Shown piece after piece: positions 1 to 9,400 of a DNA stretch of 64,000 nt. Location: positions 8,735-72,734 of IMG/VR virus record IMGVR_UViG_3300007276_000045; one strand, given 5' to 3'. The notes under the pieces are model-generated. The model was not told the DNA's origin. It worked only from the letters and a program-made list of their open reading frames with translations, and ran no database searches. Both the position numbers and the translations under genes were made by a program. The stretch comes from a virus. Positions within the stretch are counted from its first letter, which is position 1; each line of letters starts with the position of its first letter.

Positions 1-1741
1 CAACCTCAACATCCGTAGGCTTGGTCAAGCGGCCTCGTACAAAGCCAGCAGGAGCGAACCATGGGAAGGCTACACTATCCGTTACACCCATCTGACGCAC
101 ACCGTAGATGGCAGGATCTAACCAGCGGTCCTTACCGTCAAAGACTTGGAAGACTTTGACCCAAGGCCAGTAGATCGTAGCGTAAGAACTGTTGATCGCA
201 GCCGTTCTGGTCGTAGCGAAACCGTTACTCCAGTCAATCGCATCGCCAGTTGTACCCACAGCATATGGAGGTGAGACAGCGGCGAGGAAGTCCGTGGTTC
301 TTTCTGCAACCGTAATCAGTCCGTTCTGAACAGATTGTAGGTCACCAACACCCGGACCCGGAGCAAGAGCAATCGAGACATTCAGGATGGGATCATCCAG
401 AGCTTCAATTCCAGTCTTACCACCAGTCGCCTTTACTTCACCAACAATCGTGCTTACCACATCAGCTTCAGCAGATGGGATACCACTATCACCCCCAGCC
501 AAGTTGTAGGTTCCTTGAACCAGCTTGACGAAGCGAGGATCAGCAGCCACTCCAGTAACCCCACCACCCTGTCCACCCGTTAGGGATACAGCACCTACTA
601 AGCTCGTAAGAGGCTTCTCGAAAGAGGTAAGAGGCGTTGGGACAATATCAGTGTATTCACCAGTGGCATAGTTTGCAGTGATGAAGTTCGAGGTTCTAGC
701 ATCGTAGTTCGTACCAATCTGATCTTCGATGAAGGCAGAAGAAGTAGCACCTGCGATGAACGACTCAGCAGCAGAGCCTAGATCGTTTACAGTGAGTGCG
801 TTATTCGCACCACCAAGAACACCTACTTCGAAGGAGACACCGCTAGTGTCACCGTCAGTCTTGGTTCCAGTGTTATAGCCTGCTCCGGGGAACAAACTCT
901 TAGCATGGTAACTAGCCTTGGTAGTATCAATACTAGTTCCAGAGGCAGTCCCGTTCGCGGTGGCAGTCCCAGCACCGCCAGTGATGCTTAGAGGCTGAAG
1001 GCCAACAACATCCACATAGGTGAGGTCTGTTTTCTGGATCTGCATTTGAACGTCAACAGATGCTGCGTTACCCGCTGCAAGTGCAACGAAGAAAGAGGAA
1101 GCGTCAATGCCGTTTGAATCTGCGAAAGCACCAACCTTATCAGCGTCTAGTGATCCACCGACAACCTTTTTAAGTGCAGCAATCGTAGTTGCCCCTTGCG
1201 AAGCCGAGGTGCTTAACGTACCTTTAGCAACAGTATAAGTCTTGTTATCTACAATCTTAGTTCTGTTTTGGTCATAAGCAGTAACGATGAACTTAACAGA
1301 AGAGGTTTGGAGATCGGAACTACCGAGAGCGGAAACACCCCCACCAGCAGCCCGTGCAGGAACTCCATCTTGACCAGCCATAAGCGGGAAGGCGTTAGTA
1401 CCGCTAACTTGGAAGGCAGGGCAAGCACCGATCTGGACAGCAGCCGAAGCTTCTACTGCACTGTCACCAGCACAGCGAATGAATCGCATCGAGTTAGTAG
1501 CCTCCAGAATCTCAAGCGCACCTTCAAGGGCCTGACCCTTAACGGCTTCGCTCGGTTCACCGAAGGTATCGACAAGCTGCTGTTGGCTAGTGATCAGCGT
1601 GGCTTTGTTGTTGTTTAAACCTGCGATTGGTCCTCGGTCTGCGAAACCGACGATACCGACAACAGATGAATTAATTTGGGCGGGGTAGTCAGAGATATCC
1701 TTCTCAATGACATATACACCGGGGCTAACGTAGTTGGGCAT
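1..1741 (-). CDS. gp18: Contractile tail sheath protein (runs off the left edge of the window)
   Basis: Not in the ORF track because it is truncated. Manual translation from CAT at 1739-1741 gives MPNYVSPGVYVIEKDISDYPAQINSSVVGIVGFADRGP...LITSQQQLVDTFGEP, the typical sheath N-terminus; PWFAPAGFVRGRL occurs near position 60. SD-like AGGAG upstream. Confidence 0.95.
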   Translation of the reverse strand, partial: MPNYVSPGVYVIEKDISDYPAQINSSVVGIVGFADRGPIAGLNNNKATLITSQQQLVDTFGEPSEAVKGQALEGALEILEATNSMRFIRCAGDSAVEASAAVQIGACPAFQVSGTNAFPLMAGQDGVPARAAGGGVSALGSSDLQTSSVKFIVTAYDQNRTKIVDNKTYTVAKGTLSTSASQGATTIAALKKVVGGSLDADKVGAFADSNGIDASSFFVALAAGNAASVDVQMQIQKTDLTYVDVVGLQPLSITGGAGTATANGTASGTSIDTTKASYHAKSLFPGAGYNTGTKTDGDTSGVSFEVGVLGGANNALTVNDLGSAAESFIAGATSSAFIEDQIGTNYDARTSNFITANYATGEYTDIVPTPLTSFEKPLTSLVGAVSLTGGQGGGVTGVAADPRFVKLVQGTYNLAGGDSGIPSAEADVVSTIVGEVKATGGKTGIEALDDPILNVSIALAPGPGVGDLQSVQNGLITVAERTTDFLAAVSPPYAVGTTGDAIDWSNGFATTRTAAINSSYATIYWPWVKVFQVFDGKDRWLDPAIYGVRQMGVTDSVAFPWFAPAGFVRGRLTKPTDVEV

Positions 1742-1753
1742 TTAAATTATCTC

Positions 1754-1930
1754 CTATGCGTTTTTGATCGAGATTAGACTTCGTTGTTGATATCTAATAA
1801 CATCGTCAGTGATATACGAAGCAGGGACTTGAATACTCTGCTCTGGAGCTAAATAAAAGCTTTTAACACCTTCTTCAGTTTGTAAATAGATGTTCCAGCT
1901 TTGTAGACTAGTGTTGGTGAGTCGCTTCAT
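1754..1930 (-). CDS. Small hypothetical protein (58 aa) preceding the sheath gene
   Basis: Manual translation MKRLTNTSLQSWNIYLQTEEGVKSFYLAPEQSIQVPASYITDDVIRYQQRSLISIKNA*; AAGGAG upstream; fills the gap between flanking genes. Confidence 0.75.
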   Translation of the reverse strand: MKRLTNTSLQSWNIYLQTEEGVKSFYLAPEQSIQVPASYITDDVIRYQQRSLISIKNA

Positions 1931-1973
1931 ATCATTATCTCCTTAGTATTTACTCAACTTGTGAGGGTTTTTA

Positions 1974-2711
1974 TTATTTTTTTTCATATATAGTGGCATC
2001 CAATTTGAACTCTTCAATTTCACCTGTAGATGTGATGATAAATCTAGGGTTTGGAATATAGCCTTCTAATTTTACAGAAAAGGATCTCCTAACAACGCGC
2101 TCTTGCCTGTCAGAAGTATCCAGAGAGGATTTATCAGATTCTTGCTCAATATGAGCTTGAGCTACATTAGTTTGTGCGGTCTTAATAACTAAGTGTGGGT
2201 TGAATAGTAGTCTAACTTGCTCGACCAACTGGTCCATATCAGCCTTATATTTGCACCACACATTAATGTTGTACTCAATATCTACTGCTCTCGGAGCCTC
2301 ACTAATGATACGAACTGCTCTTTTTTTCTCTTCACTCCAAAAAGTTTCGTTAATTATCTGTGCTGCTGGCCTTCTTCGGTTATCCGCATTTGCCGAGGAG
2401 TTTTGGCTAATAGATATGATGGGTAGAATAATGTTGTTTTCTTGCTTCAGCTTGGCGATGGTCCGCTCAGGGTTTGCGTGGATACATCTAACATCTACAA
2501 CCTTATCCTCGGAGTTCATATACCCTAGAGTCCCAAGTTTAGAAATTATATACTGCAAAGCATCACGATAGAAGTGAGGGATAATATTTACTTTATTAGT
2601 ACGCTCTGCGATCTTTCTTCTTGCCCACATGGTGGGATCTTCCCCCACATCCGAGACAGAAATGTCACCAGTCGCAAAGCTTTCTAACATAGTGTTTCTA
2701 CTAAAGCTCAT
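1974..2711 (-). CDS. Tail terminator / sheath stabiliser (T4 gp15-like)
   Basis: LPIISI and P..VDIEY.INVW..YKADMDQLVEQ motifs; position between neck genes and sheath matches T4 order 13-14-15-18. Confidence 0.65.
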   Translation of the reverse strand: MSFSRNTMLESFATGDISVSDVGEDPTMWARRKIAERTNKVNIIPHFYRDALQYIISKLGTLGYMNSEDKVVDVRCIHANPERTIAKLKQENNIILPIISISQNSSANADNRRRPAAQIINETFWSEEKKRAVRIISEAPRAVDIEYNINVWCKYKADMDQLVEQVRLLFNPHLVIKTAQTNVAQAHIEQESDKSSLDTSDRQERVVRRSFSVKLEGYIPNPRFIITSTGEIEEFKLDATIYEKK

Positions 2712-3300
2712 TATACCCTTCCTCTAAGCTCTTAACTACTTCTTGTCTTCCAAGAGGCTCAGATACATCAGTGAGGGGTGTATCTTGTACATCATCAGAG
2801 TCGCGCAGGAGTTTAGCAGCGCAAACAAGATGATAAACACCATAAATTTCAAAGCTATCTTCTTGGACTTCGATAATCTCATATCTCTGGTTCTGGAACT
2901 TGGGTTGAAGGACATCCCCAGCCTTGAGATGCCCCTTAATTCGCTGCTCCATGTAGCTCTTATTGAAGATAAAAATCTGATCGTTAGATAATTCAATTCC
3001 AAACTCAGTTAAGTTTTCCTCAAGAACCTTTGGCTCATAGTGACCAAAAACTATAACGGGATCTTTGGAGACAGGCTTGTTTCGAGCCTCCATGTATACG
3101 TCATCAAACTGATCCTCACCCTGAACATACTGGTAGTATAGAATCTCTGACCCAGAGATCTTAATCATCTCATCATCAACCATATTAAAAAGGTTGATGT
3201 CTGGGTTGACGGGATCAAAGAAACTTAACTCCCCACTAGACTCTTCAATCTGTGGGAGAGCAGGGGGTTTTACGTTAACCTTATAGTTATTATGAGCCAT
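2701..3300 (-). CDS. Neck / head-closure protein (T4 gp14-like)
   Basis: DDVYME, LTEFGIE..NDQIFIF and GDVL.P motifs; synteny. Confidence 0.7.
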   Translation of the reverse strand: MAHNNYKVNVKPPALPQIEESSGELSFFDPVNPDINLFNMVDDEMIKISGSEILYYQYVQGEDQFDDVYMEARNKPVSKDPVIVFGHYEPKVLEENLTEFGIELSNDQIFIFNKSYMEQRIKGHLKAGDVLQPKFQNQRYEIIEVQEDSFEIYGVYHLVCAAKLLRDSDDVQDTPLTDVSEPLGRQEVVKSLEEGYNEL

Positions 3301-4166
3301 TAATAAGTTGAGAAGCGAGCGGGTTCTTCGAACTCATCAAGCAATCTCTTGAGAAGAGCTTCTTTCTCCTCTTGGCTTTCCTTAACGAGAGCGTCACCAT
3401 TTAGCTTCGCACCACCACCGGGAGAAGGCACAGTTTGGTACTTGCCTCTAATCTGGCCTAAGGTTCCTTTAGCACACGCTAAGGCATAGTTCTGAATCCA
3501 GTTCCTATACGCTGGGTGTAAAGTGTCAGAGTTTAAGCCTCTGTAGATTACAATTGCTACTTGGTTATCTGTAACAGGCTTTGGACTGATGTGGAGGTAT
3601 CTGTTGTCTAGCACCGAGAAGGAACCCTCTTGGCCTAAAATCTTTCTCATCATCTCCAGATTCTGCTGTAATAGGTAGAATTCCCCCACTCCAAAGTTTT
3701 GGAACAAGTAGTTATCTTGGAAGTATTTGATAAAGAAATCAAACTCCAAGGTACCAGCTTCTTGTTGGATGGATAGTAGGGTTTTTTTGTAGACCACATA
3801 CTCTAAGTTGTTAAGAATATAACTCGGCAACTCGTAAGTGGACACCCCAGCAGTGCATTGAAAGGTTACAAACTGCGTAGAGAAAAGCGGAGCATGGTTA
3901 TACATGGTAGTGACCGCTTCGTCAATACAAGTCTTAAGTTGGTAGGGAGTTAACTCCACCCTAATTACGGGGTGCCCTAGTCTAGCTAAAACGAAGTCCT
4001 TAATTACTTCATCAAAGTGTGTAAATTCAACACCATCTACCGTGGTGGTGTTGTTAAGCTTCTCAACATCAATCTCACCATTAGTTTTAGTGGCATCATT
4101 AACATTGGCTCCTGCATAGGGAGCAAAGCTATTACCGTATGCTGCTAGCTTCGGTCGAGTCGGCAT
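3300..4166 (-). CDS. gp13: Neck / head-tail adaptor (T4 gp13-like)
   Basis: RLGHPVIRVELT..QL..CIDEA at the N-terminus and WIQNYALA..K..LG.IRGKY..VPSPGG...LNG at the C-terminus. Confidence 0.85.
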   Translation of the reverse strand: MPTRPKLAAYGNSFAPYAGANVNDATKTNGEIDVEKLNNTTTVDGVEFTHFDEVIKDFVLARLGHPVIRVELTPYQLKTCIDEAVTTMYNHAPLFSTQFVTFQCTAGVSTYELPSYILNNLEYVVYKKTLLSIQQEAGTLEFDFFIKYFQDNYLFQNFGVGEFYLLQQNLEMMRKILGQEGSFSVLDNRYLHISPKPVTDNQVAIVIYRGLNSDTLHPAYRNWIQNYALACAKGTLGQIRGKYQTVPSPGGGAKLNGDALVKESQEEKEALLKRLLDEFEEPARFSTY

Positions 4167-4356
4167 CCTTAATCACCTTTTTAGTAGTTTGTTTGACCGC
4201 TTTCTTAACTGGTTGGGGTTTTGGTGTGCTGTCAACTGCGACAAAGCCACCTCTCGGAGTAGTCGCCGCATCAATTATATCCCCTTCTCGTACAAGACGG
4301 AGATTCCCCTCCTGCACAATGACTACGGGGTCTTTTGTGATGCAACGAAATTTCAT
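4132..4356 (-). CDS. Hypothetical protein (74 aa)
   Basis: Coupled to neighbouring ORFs; Lys-rich tail. Confidence 0.6.
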   Translation of the reverse strand: MKFRCITKDPVVIVQEGNLRLVREGDIIDAATTPRGGFVAVDSTPKPQPVKKAVKQTTKKVIKDADSTEASSIR

Positions 4357-4556
4357 AGCTTCTTCTTCTTCTTAGTAGCCTTCTTCACAACCTTTGGCTC
4401 TTCTACCACTGGCTTCGTTTGAACTGCTTCAGTAACCTCGATAAGCCAGTTCTGTAACCTTGGGGGTGCATCAGGAAGTTCGACAATCTGTCCGGGAATT
4501 AAAGTGGTTTTTCGATATCTCTCTTCGTAATCACCAACGTACATGTATTTTCTCAT
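4353..4556 (-). CDS. Hypothetical protein (67 aa)
   Basis: Strong SD AGGAGGA upstream; ATGA overlap with the next gene. Confidence 0.65.
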   Translation of the reverse strand: MRKYMYVGDYEERYRKTTLIPGQIVELPDAPPRLQNWLIEVTEAVQTKPVVEEPKVVKKATKKKKKL

Positions 4557-4582
4557 AGGAAGTTCCTCCTAATTATATAGGT

Positions 4583-4621
4583 AAAAGAGAAGAGCCGAGG
4601 AAAATTAATTCCTCGGCTCTT
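4583..4621 (-). terminator. Intrinsic terminator after the major capsid gene
   Basis: AAGAGCCGAGG (4590-4600) / CCTCGGCTCTT (4611-4621) inverted repeat followed by a U-rich run on the minus strand. Confidence 0.8.
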
Positions 4622-4648
4622 ATCACTTTTAAACTAACTTACGTTAGA

Positions 4649-6193
4649 TTACGGGCTTACTCGGTTACCACCTAAGGGGCTAGCGAGAGCTTTCTGACCG
4701 GGTTGGTACAGGAAGTTAGCCGTAGCACCGACAAGTCGGATGATGCGGTAGAAGCGACCCTCAGGCGATACAGCAGCCTTACCGTAACGGGTAAGGATAC
4801 CCTTCCTTGGTTGGAAGGTAGTCGGATCGGTGATGGTGGGAAGCTGCTGGAGCGGGATGTACGGCGAGTAGACGTAACCTGCATCCATCGGGCTAGAACC
4901 CTTGTAACCAATCATGATCTCGTCCTCAGGGTACATCGGGTCGATGTAGAGATCATACTTGCCAGCGAACTTGCCACGGTACTCAATGGAGTTAGGCGTA
5001 AGGTTCGTCGGACGATCAGCAGGAGCCATGCCACCCTCAAGCTTCGCAGCCGATTCAAGCATCGAAGCGATGATTGGAGAGGTGACTAAGAACGTACCCG
5101 GACCACGGAAGGTCGTGCGGTAGATGTCGTTCGAGGCAAAGTTGATCGCAGCAAGAAGGTTGGCATACACCTGACCAACGTGCTGAGGAGCAAAAGCGGT
5201 TCCACGGAAGTCGCCAGCTAAGTCCACAAGGTAGACGTTGCTGTTAGTTCCCGAAGGGTTAAACGCACCAGCGTTAGCGAAGTCGTAGAGGTACTCGGTA
5301 GGAGTAAATCCACGCTCAGACGGGGTTTCAGTGGCAGTAGCCTTAGCTGAGTTGCGACCCGTAGCACCGAAGTCGTTGGAGTTCGCCATGTCGAGAGACT
5401 GACGGTTCCAGCCCGTCATACCAGACGGATCGTAAGCGATCATACGAAGATCTTCAATAAGCTCACGGTCGATTTCCAAGGTAAGTTCCTTAGAAAGAAG
5501 ATCCGTAAGTTCACCCTCAAGGTTGAGGTTGTGGTATGCACGAAGGTCTTGAGCGGCTTCAAGAGTCCAGAGCGCACGCATCTTGCGAGTACGCGCAACA
5601 ACGGGCTGCTGCTCAATGTGCATGTTCATCTCAGGGATTTCGTCACCCGTGAGAGTTTCACCAGCCGAGACACTGTAGCCGAGGATCGTAGTCGCATCCG
5701 GGAAGGAAGCGATTTGACCACCCATCGTAGCCGATGGCGCACCAGATGCGTTGTTGAAGACAGTACTAAACTGAATATCATCGTTGCTCGTACCAGCACC
5801 CTGCTGGATGGAGCTTGCAGTGTTGCCACCATACGTCAAGCGGTACTTGCTGTAAATGGTTTCAGTGCGGTTGAACGATCCAGAGTGACGATCAGCACCG
5901 AGGTAGAAGATCTGTGAGACGGGACCACCCATCGGTTGAACACCGACAATGGCGTTGGCGATTAACTGTGGATAAACGCGACGAACGAGAGGGAATGCAA
6001 ACTTCTGGAACGTGCCAAGCTTACCGACAGAAGTCGGAGCGTCAGCTTCGTCAACTCGATCCTGCTTCTCAGCAAGAATCGACTTGGCTTGGTTCTCAAG
6101 CAGTTGTGCAGTAACGCTACGAGTGTAGTCGTTGGAGATCCCCTCAAGCACAGGCGACCACTTAGTCAAGAGAGTAGAATTTTCTTGTAACAT
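4649..6193 (-). CDS. gp23: Major capsid protein (T4 gp23-like)
   Basis: KWSPVLEG, AQLLENQ, FPLVRRVYP.LIA..IVGVQPM.GP, ARTRKMRA.WT.EAAQDL.AYH, DAGYVY.PYIPL and FQPRKGILTRYG motifs. Confidence 0.97.
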   Translation of the reverse strand: MLQENSTLLTKWSPVLEGISNDYTRSVTAQLLENQAKSILAEKQDRVDEADAPTSVGKLGTFQKFAFPLVRRVYPQLIANAIVGVQPMGGPVSQIFYLGADRHSGSFNRTETIYSKYRLTYGGNTASSIQQGAGTSNDDIQFSTVFNNASGAPSATMGGQIASFPDATTILGYSVSAGETLTGDEIPEMNMHIEQQPVVARTRKMRALWTLEAAQDLRAYHNLNLEGELTDLLSKELTLEIDRELIEDLRMIAYDPSGMTGWNRQSLDMANSNDFGATGRNSAKATATETPSERGFTPTEYLYDFANAGAFNPSGTNSNVYLVDLAGDFRGTAFAPQHVGQVYANLLAAINFASNDIYRTTFRGPGTFLVTSPIIASMLESAAKLEGGMAPADRPTNLTPNSIEYRGKFAGKYDLYIDPMYPEDEIMIGYKGSSPMDAGYVYSPYIPLQQLPTITDPTTFQPRKGILTRYGKAAVSPEGRFYRIIRLVGATANFLYQPGQKALASPLGGNRVSP

Positions 6194-6204
6194 AGTATTT
6201 TTCC

Positions 6205-6846
6205 TTACTTAAGATTGGATTGAGGCATGAACTTCATAACCTCCGGGGTTAAGAGTTCGTTGTATGCCTGTGCTTCAGGCTTATTAACCTCTCTTTTGTC
6301 AACATCTTCTGCAATGATGACAGCTTTTTCGGAAGACTTAAACGGCTCGTCCTTAGATTCCTCTAATACATCGACAGCCTCTAATAGAGTTGCCTTATCT
6401 TCCTTAAGTCTATCGACTTTCGAAGAGACAGCTTTCAGGGAAGTAGCAAGCTTCTCGTTTTCCTCAAAAGATTTTTTGAGTTCTTCGGTAAGCACACTAA
6501 CCTCTTCTTCATGCTCTCTCTGTTCTTGAACGAGATCAGAAATTGCGCTTTCTTCATCGTCCTTCTTCAGTTCCAGTGCCATCAAAGTTTTAACTGATTC
6601 GAATAGCGAAGCGTTGCGTAGAACGTCACTCTCCTCATTCAATTCTCTCATGGCTTGGTCTTTTACTTCGTCAACTCTAGAGCGGAGGAAGCCTTTGACC
6701 TTGGATTCAAGTTCACGGACTTTCTCATCCACCTGTTCAGTGATGACGGTGTTAACCAGCGTGGCAATTTCCGTAATTGCAGCCTCCGAGAGACCCTCGG
6801 GCAGCAACTCAGCAATCGGCAGCGTTTGTTCGTTTGGTTTATTCAT
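6205..6846 (-). CDS. Prohead core scaffolding protein (gp22-like)
   Basis: Acidic coiled coil located between protease and capsid genes. Confidence 0.7.
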   Translation of the reverse strand: MNKPNEQTLPIAELLPEGLSEAAITEIATLVNTVITEQVDEKVRELESKVKGFLRSRVDEVKDQAMRELNEESDVLRNASLFESVKTLMALELKKDDEESAISDLVQEQREHEEEVSVLTEELKKSFEENEKLATSLKAVSSKVDRLKEDKATLLEAVDVLEESKDEPFKSSEKAVIIAEDVDKREVNKPEAQAYNELLTPEVMKFMPQSNLK

Positions 6847-6903
6847 AGAGTTCGACTCCTATCAAAATATTTACAGAATAACTGTAGTTAAGGTTAAAAA
6901 TTT

Positions 6904-7509
6904 TTATTTTTTGCTTAGTTTATTTTTGAGCATCGTAATAAAAACTTTTTCAGATAATGCCTTATCATAGGTCTGTCGTACCGTGTCATCAATAAATTTT
7001 GAATCCGTGGACTCGTTAACGAGGCCGGGGAAAGCTCCCTTCGTAGAAGGATCAGCAACCAGATCAAAAGTTACGAGCTTGAAGTCCTCGTTTACAACAG
7101 AATATTCACCTCTTTCTGTGAGAGATCCCATCCCTCTAGAGGAGATTCCGAGCTTAACACCACCCTTAATAAGAGCCTGTGCGACTTGGCCGCAAGGAGT
7201 ATTAAGGATCTCAGCCTCACCAATCATCTCATCACCTCGCATTTGTAGCTTAGTAACTAGATGAGAGACATTGCCTAATTTTACCGCATCGTGGGTAGGG
7301 TGGTCAAGTTCACCCATGAGCCTGCGCTCAACAATAGCTTCATCCAACCGATTCATCTCCCGAACAAGAAGCTTCTTTTCATAGATTCTCTTGTTGTGGT
7401 TTGGGGAACCAGCGCGTTGAAAGATGCCAGCAATCTTCATAGTACCTGAAGACTTTGATTCCTCTAGAACTTGTAGTTCCTCAATAATAAATGTATCAGT
7501 AATAAACAT
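6904..7509 (-). CDS. gp21: Prohead protease (T4 gp21-like)
   Basis: GIFQRA..PN.N.RIY, GELDHP, VSHLV, LGISSRGMGS and FDLVADPS..GAF motifs. Confidence 0.95.
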   Translation of the reverse strand: MFITDTFIIEELQVLEESKSSGTMKIAGIFQRAGSPNHNKRIYEKKLLVREMNRLDEAIVERRLMGELDHPTHDAVKLGNVSHLVTKLQMRGDEMIGEAEILNTPCGQVAQALIKGGVKLGISSRGMGSLTERGEYSVVNEDFKLVTFDLVADPSTKGAFPGLVNESTDSKFIDDTVRQTYDKALSEKVFITMLKNKLSKK

Positions 7510-7952
7510 TAGGAGCCTCCTCCTTTAATAGCTTTCTTAGAGTTCTTGATCTTGTCTTTAGCACCCGGCCCGTACTTACTCATTAGTCTCTTACTTTTGG
7601 TAGCACCATGTTTAAGTGCTGTCCTATTAGAATGTGCTTTTACACTCTTCCAATCAGAAGATGGAGTAGACGCTCCCGGAGTAAAGCCTTTGGCAATTTT
7701 CCCAGAACTCTTCTTGCCCCAACCAGCTTTAGAAATTACATAAAGCCTATCGGAGCCTTTAGTGCTGAAGACCTGTCCAACTGTTCCTTGTTCTAGAGCC
7801 TTGGCAATAGTAGCAAAGACGCGCACCCGACCTTTAACAGCCTTGGTAGCACCTTTTTTCTTTGCACCGTCTCTACTGGTATACTTCTCTCGGCCCTTGG
7901 ATGATCCTTGGCCCGATTCGGCACGCCCCTCTAGAATATGGAATAAGCTCAT
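7509..7952 (-). CDS. Basic hypothetical protein in head cluster
   Basis: Lys-rich 147 aa ORF coupled to neighbours. Confidence 0.65.
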   Translation of the reverse strand: MSLFHILEGRAESGQGSSKGREKYTSRDGAKKKGATKAVKGRVRVFATIAKALEQGTVGQVFSTKGSDRLYVISKAGWGKKSSGKIAKGFTPGASTPSSDWKSVKAHSNRTALKHGATKSKRLMSKYGPGAKDKIKNSKKAIKGGGS

Positions 7953-8395
7953 GATCTCTTAGCTTTAATACGCTTGAGGATTCGTTTTACGTTGTCCTCT
8001 TCGTCATCCTTCTTAGTGTCTTTACTTTGGGCACCACCCATGTTCACACCCAGACCACCAGCAGCGGTCATCTCGGTAATAGTTTGTTTCATTTCCGAAA
8101 CAAGCTCCTTTAATTCACTGACTAAGGATTTTAGTTCAGCAACTTCCGTCAAGGGTTGAGGGGTTGGTGTTTCGGGGATGGACTCTTGCTGTACTTCAGG
8201 CTGGTTGCCTTCAGTAAGGGAAGCGACGAAATCATTAGGAACCTCGATGTTAGAAACATCTGGTACCTGTTGAGTAATGTCTGGCGAGTAAGAAGATTGC
8301 ACAGGGTTAAGAGTAGGAGGGGTGTTAAACCCCTGCCCACCAGTTTGTTCCTGAGCTAATAGCTTCTCCGCGAAATCTCCAACTGAGAACTCCAC
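7949..8395 (-). CDS. Hypothetical head-associated protein
   Basis: 148 aa ORF in the head operon. Confidence 0.6.
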   Translation of the reverse strand: MEFSVGDFAEKLLAQEQTGGQGFNTPPTLNPVQSSYSPDITQQVPDVSNIEVPNDFVASLTEGNQPEVQQESIPETPTPQPLTEVAELKSLVSELKELVSEMKQTITEMTAAGGLGVNMGGAQSKDTKKDDEEDNVKRILKRIKAKRS

Positions 8396-8402
8396 GTTAG
8401 CC

Positions 8403-8930
8403 TCACTTACCCTTCTTAGCAGATGCCTTGAGTTCCTTGACCTTCTTCATGACCTTAGCCTTCTTTGAAGCATTCATCTTCATTTCCTTAGGCTCGTCTT
8501 CTTCTGGGTCCATGGCTTCTTCAACTTCTTCCTCTTCCTCGTCTTCCTCTTCAACTTCCTTTTCGTCGGCAGCTTCTTCAAGAGTTTCAACGGCTTCAAG
8601 AATGTCGTTAACGTGCTCAGAGATACGCTCGTCGGAAAGTTCTTCCTCCAACTTAGACTCGCAGAGGGGGCAAACATGCTCCTCAACCGACTCCTTCATC
8701 TCCTTCTCGTCCTTCTCGTCCTTCTCGTCCTTTTCAGGCTTCTTGCCCTTCTTAGAGCGGAGCTTGGCGAGATCATCACCTTCGATGTCCCCGTCCTTAT
8801 CCTTGTCCATGGCCTTTTGAGCGGGAGAGAGTTCTTTCTTCTCCTCCAGCTTAACCTTTGCGATGTCCCAAGCAGCGTTCTTGATCAGGGCATCTACATA
8901 ACTTTCTTCAACTTTGATGTAATCAGACAT
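8403..8930 (-). CDS. Acidic/basic prohead core-like protein with DxDxDG and CxxC motifs
   Basis: DKDKDGDIEGDD (EF-hand-like loop), HVCPLCES, Glu-rich tract. Confidence 0.6.
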   Translation of the reverse strand: MSDYIKVEESYVDALIKNAAWDIAKVKLEEKKELSPAQKAMDKDKDGDIEGDDLAKLRSKKGKKPEKDEKDEKDEKEMKESVEEHVCPLCESKLEEELSDERISEHVNDILEAVETLEEAADEKEVEEEDEEEEEVEEAMDPEEDEPKEMKMNASKKAKVMKKVKELKASAKKGK

Positions 8931-9027
8931 AATTATTTATCCTTTGTGGTATGCTCAGGACAGCTAAATGTCCCTACTTTATATTTAGCCGTATTATGGC
9001 TAGTGTTTTATTTTTTATTTAATTTTG

Positions 9028-9399
9028 TTACCCATTAGCAAAAACAGTGCTCTGGGTAGGCTCCTGAATGATGTGGTCGTTGACCAAAAAATAAGTATCC
9101 AACTCCCTTGCAACAGGCTGCCCATTAACATAAACGTCAGGTGATCCTGAGTTGCAAGGAGGCTCATGAGGGGTACACAGGGGGTCTGTCGGACTGAGCT
9201 TGTAGTTTTTTGGGTGCGCTAGCATTAAATCTCCCAACCTTACAGCCCCGAACCCCTCTACAAATACATCGGTAGAACATTCGTTGGTAAGAGGTTCTTT
9301 TAATTCCTTGCAGCATGGGCACACGTTCGGCTCAGGTGCTCCGTGCGCTACGCACGCTACCTCATCCCCACTCCCAATCCCTCTTGCAATTAATGGCAT
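9028..9399 (-). CDS. PAAR-like spike tip protein
   Basis: IAR..GD...H, S.DVFVEG.GAVRLGD...H, GSPDVYVNGQPVAR..D and STVFANG motifs. Confidence 0.85.
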   Translation of the reverse strand: MPLIARGIGSGDEVACVAHGAPEPNVCPCCKELKEPLTNECSTDVFVEGFGAVRLGDLMLAHPKNYKLSPTDPLCTPHEPPCNSGSPDVYVNGQPVARELDTYFLVNDHIIQEPTQSTVFANG

Positions 9400-9400
9400 A